A DNA stretch of 64,000 nucleotides. Source: Eledone cirrhosa (lineage: Eukaryota). Under the pieces are notes generated by a model. It was given only the letters and a program-made list of their open reading frames with translations. It did no database searches and had not been told where the DNA came from. The stretch lies in NCBI GenBank assembly GCA_964016885.1, contig OZ024745.1:70308001-70372000 (forward strand). Direction: 5' to 3'. Below are positions 57,954 to 64,000 of the stretch, in pieces (the stretch's first letter is position 1; each line of letters begins with the position of its first letter). The position numbers and the translations under genes are program-made.

Positions 57954-58184
57954 ATATATAAACAACTATCTGGTTGTGGAACCAACCAACCAGAAATTTA
58001 TAAGTTTGTAGATTTGTAAATTTATAAATTTATAAATATATAATAAATTGAAGTGAAGGCATCTGGTGCGTGTGTTTCTTATTGGCAACATGACCCTCCC
58101 AAAGTATAACAATATCGGTTTCAACACACGATAAAGAATCTTGCTAAACAAATTCAGAAACGAAATATATATATATATATATAG

Positions 58185-58280
58185 TAATAATAATAAAATA
58201 ATAAATCGGAAGACTAAAATCCAAAGAGGGCTCGATAAGGATAAATATATATCAAATATATAAGAACCCTAGAGCAAATA
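58185..58280 (-). mobile_element. Mini-element family B, terminal fragment
   Basis: 'gactaaaatccaaagagggctcgataaggataaatatatatcaaatatataagaa...tatttattaagataacagatta' matches ~12714-12802. Confidence 0.8.
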
Positions 58281-59719
58281 TTTATTAAGATAACAGATTA
58301 GTGTGTGTGTGTGTCTATGTATATATTTGAAAAAGGAGACGTTATGATTATGGCTAACGTACCAGTGATCACGTGCCAGCTCCATCAAGGCTAACCATTA
58401 ACTAAATCCACAAAACATAATATTGTTACCCTTATATATTCATTGGTACATTACATTTTAGAAGTCTAGTAAAAGTATTTGACGGCATCATTTGACAGAC
58501 ACTTATTTCCTGGAAGAGAGGAACGATTCCTTTACTATCTCTACCAGATTTTCCACTGGCAATGAACAATGAGACTAACTTATTTTTCCTGATACTCTAC
58601 AATGTCTGCTAATTCTTAATATTCTTAATATTCTTAATATTTCGAAATCAACGTCAAAACTCTTGGCTTAAATTACACATCTCTTCTGTGAAATACTTCA
58701 TTTTGTATTGTTTATCCGATGAGATATACGTTTGTTTTAAAGATGACATATGCATAGCATTAACTTTGGGGAATCCTGTATATCTTATCACATCAACAAT
58801 GATAAATGCATATTTGTTTTACTATGTTTTTGCCAAAGTGTATGCATGCAACATTTAATCGTTTATCTTGCCATTGCTTGTAGAAGGGTACCAACATTGT
58901 ATAACCTCCGACTTGAACATTCGATAGATTACCAATCCTCTTATAACAAAGGTCATAATGCTCAATGTATTCTGGGAGCTAGATTACCAGGCTCAATGGT
59001 CCGTAGACACCATCTTTCTCATCTTTTATTGTCAAGTTTACGTTTTCTGTGCAACTAACCTACATCGTATACTATTTACACTATCTATTGTGTAGCCCCA
59101 AAACAGGATGATCACATCGTTAATCTTTAAATTTCTTTGCTCTTTTCATCCTTAGGTACCACTATTCTTTGGCTTCATCGGTCTCAGTATATTGATTATA
59201 CTAGTTAATTTCTCTTTCTTACACTATTCTAGATTGATCCGCCTACAGTAAATTGGTTTCTTGAGGGCATTCCCTTACAGCTGGCAATAATGTGTCTAAT
59301 ATATTCACATATGTTTACATAGCTTACTTTTACTTTTAAGCAGATGGTTTCTGTAATTATTGCAGAAGTACAATAGTTGGAATGTATTTTTCCTTGATTA
59401 TATTGGGGTACCTTTTAGGTTGAGAGGTTATAAATTTGATAACAAAGTTGCAGTGCAGTTTCATCCCTCTATGACATGTGTTTGTTTTTAAATAGCTGTG
59501 TACAACATTCTCTGTGAACGTTCTTTTGCTCACTTTGTTGCAGTATTACGTAACATTTTACAAAGGGCCTTGGGGAGACGAAATCTGCTAGTTTTGCTGC
59601 CTGCCTCAATTGCATTATTTAGTCTAATTAATCTCCCATTTGTTTGTATGCAAGTATGTATGCATCTATCTGATTCGATCTCCCTCTCTTTCCCTGTATA
59701 TATATATATATATATATAA

Positions 59720-59755
<36 letters not shown>

Positions 59756-60207
59756 AAGTGTGATTGCGTACATGTCCGCACATATTTGTGTATGTAACCT
59801 GAACGGCTTTTCTGGTTTTATTATCTGTTGACTTTTGTTGGAAGGTTTTGTAATATTTAACAGTTTTCGAAAGAGTCCATTAAATGTAATGATAGTTAGA
59901 TAGGCTATTTCTCCATTATTTATTCATGAGTCAGTCTCTGCCAAACAGAGTCTCCTGTGGTTTGTTCACTGAAAGACACGATGTGATTTTCTATTCAATG
60001 GAATATTTTTTTTATTAATATCACATTACTATTATTATTAATAAGGTTAAAAGGTCGGTGGATTGGCAGAGTCAGTAGATGGTTGAGCTGAATTTCGTGT
60101 GATATTTAATTACATATCTTTACTTTATATATTCAAAAGGGATGATTTATGAGTTGTATGCCTATGATATAAACATTGATTATGTATAAAACCACGTCTG
60201 TTTACCT

Positions 60208-60343
60208 GATGAGTTCAACACGTATTTAAGGGATGAGTTCAAAACGTATTTAAGTTATGAGTTCAAAATGTATTTAAGTGATGAGTTAAAATAGTATTCA
60301 AGTGAGGAGTTCAAAACGCATTTAAATGATGAGTTCAAAATGT
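60208..60343. repeat. 24-bp minisatellite, ~5.7 units
   Basis: Consensus GATGAGTTCAAAACGTATTTAAGT at 60208, 60232, 60256, 60280, 60304 and 60328. Confidence 0.9.
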
Positions 60344-62089
60344 GTTGGGATTTAAATTTAGTCCAGCATCGTTGTCGATTTGTTAGAAATCATTATTTGC
60401 TAATGGTAGAATGTTGGAGTAGATACTTCGGACATTTTATATTTACCTCCCTTTATAGTATGCTTAATGACTTTTTCATTGGTATTTTCATTGTAAACCA
60501 AATAATATAGCAGTCGTTTACATGGTTAGGTTCACTCGGCTGTACTGCTCCCCTATCAATGTGTATTAATGTCCAGAGATAATAATTAATAAGATACAAC
60601 AAAGCAGAGGAAATGAAAATTCGGTAGAGCGAGAACACAACTCGTTATACTATTCAGTTTTCACTCTCTTTGATCTAAGTACAAATTTCTTTGAAGTTGA
60701 TTTACCTTTCATCTGTTCGGCCTATAAAATAAGAATCGTGACTCATTGAATTGACTAATCCCGTCAGCAATACAAAATCTAATCTTCTCGCAATCTTAGT
60801 GCAGATAAGTACCATATAGAAGAACAAAACACGTTCTGATTAATTTGTTAGAAATAGTAGCCAACTCTCCTTTAAATCATCGTTACGATCTTACAAAAGA
60901 AAGGAGAAATCTAGAAACACAGGCTTAAATACAACTTATCAGAAAAGGCGATTGGATATTCATGGCTAAACTGGCTAAAACTGGCTTTGATCACACATGG
61001 GGTCAACCAGTGTTGTTCTGAATCATAACAACAAGCGTTTTTATGCATATTTGGAAGTATTTAACTTCATGTTCGTACCTAATGACTCTAAACAAGGTAT
61101 CAAATTCCGAACTGGAAATCTGACACGCTTAAAATAATGCTCTGTTTAAAAACAACGAAACCTCATCACGTCTAAATCACTTCATACAATACGTCATTGC
61201 ATGTCTAAATGAAAAATATTCTCTGCTATGAGAACAATCGATCTATGGATCGCACCTCATCATTCGACCGTGTAACTATGTGGCATATGTCAACGCATAT
61301 AGGTCTGATCTTATGTTCAGCTATAACAACAATGATACGCGTTCAGATTTCAGATAAAGACCTCTGATCAGTGAGCGTTCTGCTTTCAATGAAGGTTAGG
61401 CTGGATGAAATAGAATCAGTAATTTCAGAAAAGAAAAATGTGTCGAACATGAGAAGGAAGGGATAGGACATGATTTATGGGTTGGGGAATTTTATCGATG
61501 GTCATATGTTGGTTTTTTTTTTTTTGTTATGTTTGTATTCCCGTGTGTATTTTGTACGTCCGGTGGTTCAGTGGTTCAATAAACTAAATATCAGATTTGA
61601 AAAGGAGATATGGTGGATATCATTCACTACATTTCCTCAAGGAAACGCCCCATTAGGGCCATACTCCAACGATTGAAACCGGTAAAAGAGCAGGTTTAAA
61701 ATATTGCATTTAAACGAAATGTAGAATATATTTGTGTTTTCCGAATGGTAAAAAGTATAACAGAAAACCTAAACAAGTTAATTTCTTCTAAATTACGTCA
61801 GCGATTTTTGGAGGGGTGATGATCATTTTTATTGACCTCATTTTTTTCGCTGGTACCGTACGTTTTCTATTTGGAATATGTGAGTTTCGCGTAGAACTTA
61901 AAGGGATGTAACTAAATACTACAACGTTTCCATTGGTCTAAAACAAAATGATTCTATAAGCTTTCGACCTATTTGAATATTATTGACATAAAGAGGAATT
62001 ATATAATACATTCCATGATAATTCTGGTCCAAAGGCTGTTCTCGGGAAAAAATCTTATGACTCTGTTAATGTCTACCATTATTTATCAT

Positions 62090-62270
62090 GGATTGGCAGT
62101 ATCGGTGGAGGGTCGGACGCCATGCTTTCCAGCATAGTTACGTCCCTTTACGATCTGAGTTCAAATCCCGCCGAGGTTGACTTTGCCTTTCATCCTTACG
62201 GGGTCGATAAAATAAAATACCAGTAATGCACTGGGTAATTGCTGGCCTTGTGCCTAAAGAAGAAACAATT
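62090..62270 (+). mobile_element. tRNA-derived SINE with target-site duplication
   Basis: A-box-like 'ttggcagtatcggtgg', B-box 'gagttcaaatccc'; 12-bp direct repeat attatttatcat at 62078-62089 and 62268-62279. Confidence 0.9.
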
Positions 62271-62815
62271 ATTTATCATTTACGTTAAATCCGTAATGTA
62301 GGAATCATCAGTAAAATCAATATGTTATTTGTGTTTTCCAATGGAGATTACTGCAGAGTGTTTTAGCCAATTATTTCACGCGTCCTCAATGTTATTTGGT
62401 TGATGGGACAGTATGGATAATATAGCACATTGCTATATAAATGATATGTATTGTTCCGTGTATTCAGTTTAGAATAAGTACTCGTTTACTTATTTAACAT
62501 AAAAGGTAACCAAAAGTGTTATCAGGAGCGGTATTTGGTTGTAAATCATTGCTTGAAAAGAACATGACATGGAACCCGCAAGGTTAATCTCTGCTCTTGC
62601 AAGAAAATGCCTTTAGAAAGCTTTTTCTATATCATTATATACGATCACAGTAAATCTGAATTTTTCTTTCATCCTTTTGAGATTGATAATATCAGGCACA
62701 TACTAAAGTCGAATGAATCAAACATAACCCATTGGCTTCCTACCAATATGTAAAAGCAATAAAAGAGAAGGCGGTATTATAGAAAACCAGCTGTAACCTT
62801 GTTTGTCTACATTGA

Positions 62816-62997
62816 ATTGGCAGTATCGCTGGAGGGTTAGACACCATGCTTTCTGGCATAGTTACGTCCATTTATGATCTGAGTTCAAATCCCGTCGAGG
62901 TTAACTTTGCCTTTCATCCTTACGGGGTCGATAAAACAAAGTACCGGTAATGTACTGGGTAATTGCTGGCCATGTGCCAAAAGTAGAAACAATTATT
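62816..62997 (+). mobile_element. tRNA-derived SINE
   Basis: Close paralogue of 62090-62270. Confidence 0.88.
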
Positions 62998-63406
62998 AAG
63001 TATCTATTTTCTATGTTGTGATTTCAAATTTCATGGAGGCATACATTCATCCCTTATTAAAAATGTACAAAGTACAATCTCTGGTTGAATTACTTCATTT
63101 TACATAATCGCTATTATATAATTATACAGTACAGTTGGATAGTATTATTGAAATTGATCACTTAATGTTGTTACTACTGTTGTTCTTTCAGACCCATGTC
63201 CGGCTTAATTGAAAACAAAGCTCTTAACCTAGCTAATCCAGTTATAATCATGTTTTTATATTTAACATTAAAGACGAAGTTTGACGATTTGTATCTATGA
63301 CAACATCTATTAGTAATAACTATGGAAATATACAGTTCATATGACATTACGTATTTTAATTCCACTTCATTTCTCTATAAACACCTACAAAACCCATAAA
63401 CACACA

Positions 63407-63576
<170 letters not shown>

Positions 63577-64000
63577 ACCTGCTAATTTATACCCTTAAAA
63601 ATTACGGTTACTAATAAGTTGCTGTTTTAGAATGCTCAGTATTTTCAATGTTAAGTTATAAACATAAGTTTGAGACAAGAACGGGAAACAACGAAATAAA
63701 CTGGTATGTCTCGAAACATTATCCCAAATGCCAGGAAACCCGCGTATAGGAGAAATACAAAAGATAGTACTAATGGGAACTGCCCATATACTAAGGAAGA
63801 TTCTGTCAATATAAGTACATCACAAGTCTAAACACCTAAAGATGCATGTGTGTATATATATGTTCTTTTTTGAACATGGCGGACCTTGTTGTCGCTTGAG
63901 GTCACTGGTTGTGACTTGGTGATAACTCGTATGAACATAAAGCAAGATTTTTTTTTTTTTTTTAATAATCAATGTGCTGTATTAACTGGCTTACCAATGC

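Larger units (their letters stand above)
56717..58165 (+). mobile_element. 5'-truncated Penelope-like retroelement with inverted pseudo-LTRs, inserted in (TA)n
   Basis: Inverted repeats 56717-57195 and 57637-58115 (~479 bp, about 9 mismatches) enclose GIY-YIG coding sequence; ~50-nt 3' tail; (TA)n on both sides. Confidence 0.92.

Noticed and set aside
60206-60240. CTGATGAG hammerhead core
   Set aside because: No downstream stem II, GAAA or stem I partner; it is the edge of a minisatellite.

Overview
AT-rich eukaryotic, non-coding (intergenic or intronic) DNA dominated by (TA)n, (CA)n, (GA)n and (TAG)n microsatellites, tRNA-derived SINEs and decayed non-LTR retrotransposons (RTE, CRE-like, R4/Dong-like). 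The SINE types and repeat landscape suggest a cephalopod (Octopus-like) genome; this is an inference. I found no host protein-coding gene that I can support, and nearly all ORFs in the track are microsatellite artefacts. The main signal is a set of hammerhead-ribozyme (HHR) retroelements that all sit inside (TA)n-type tracts. (1) A near-identical, non-coding 591-bp tandem repeat (about 2.75 units) carries one minus-strand type I HHR per unit with a compensatory U3-A8 core (UUGAUAA) and an enlarged stem II. (2) A 5'-truncated Penelope-like element (PLE) has a GIY-YIG endonuclease and ~479-bp inverted pseudo-LTRs, each with a minimal HHR. (3) Three families of 150-250-bp fold-back mini-elements carry variant or half HHR motifs. 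All folds were derived by eye and none is tested for activity.
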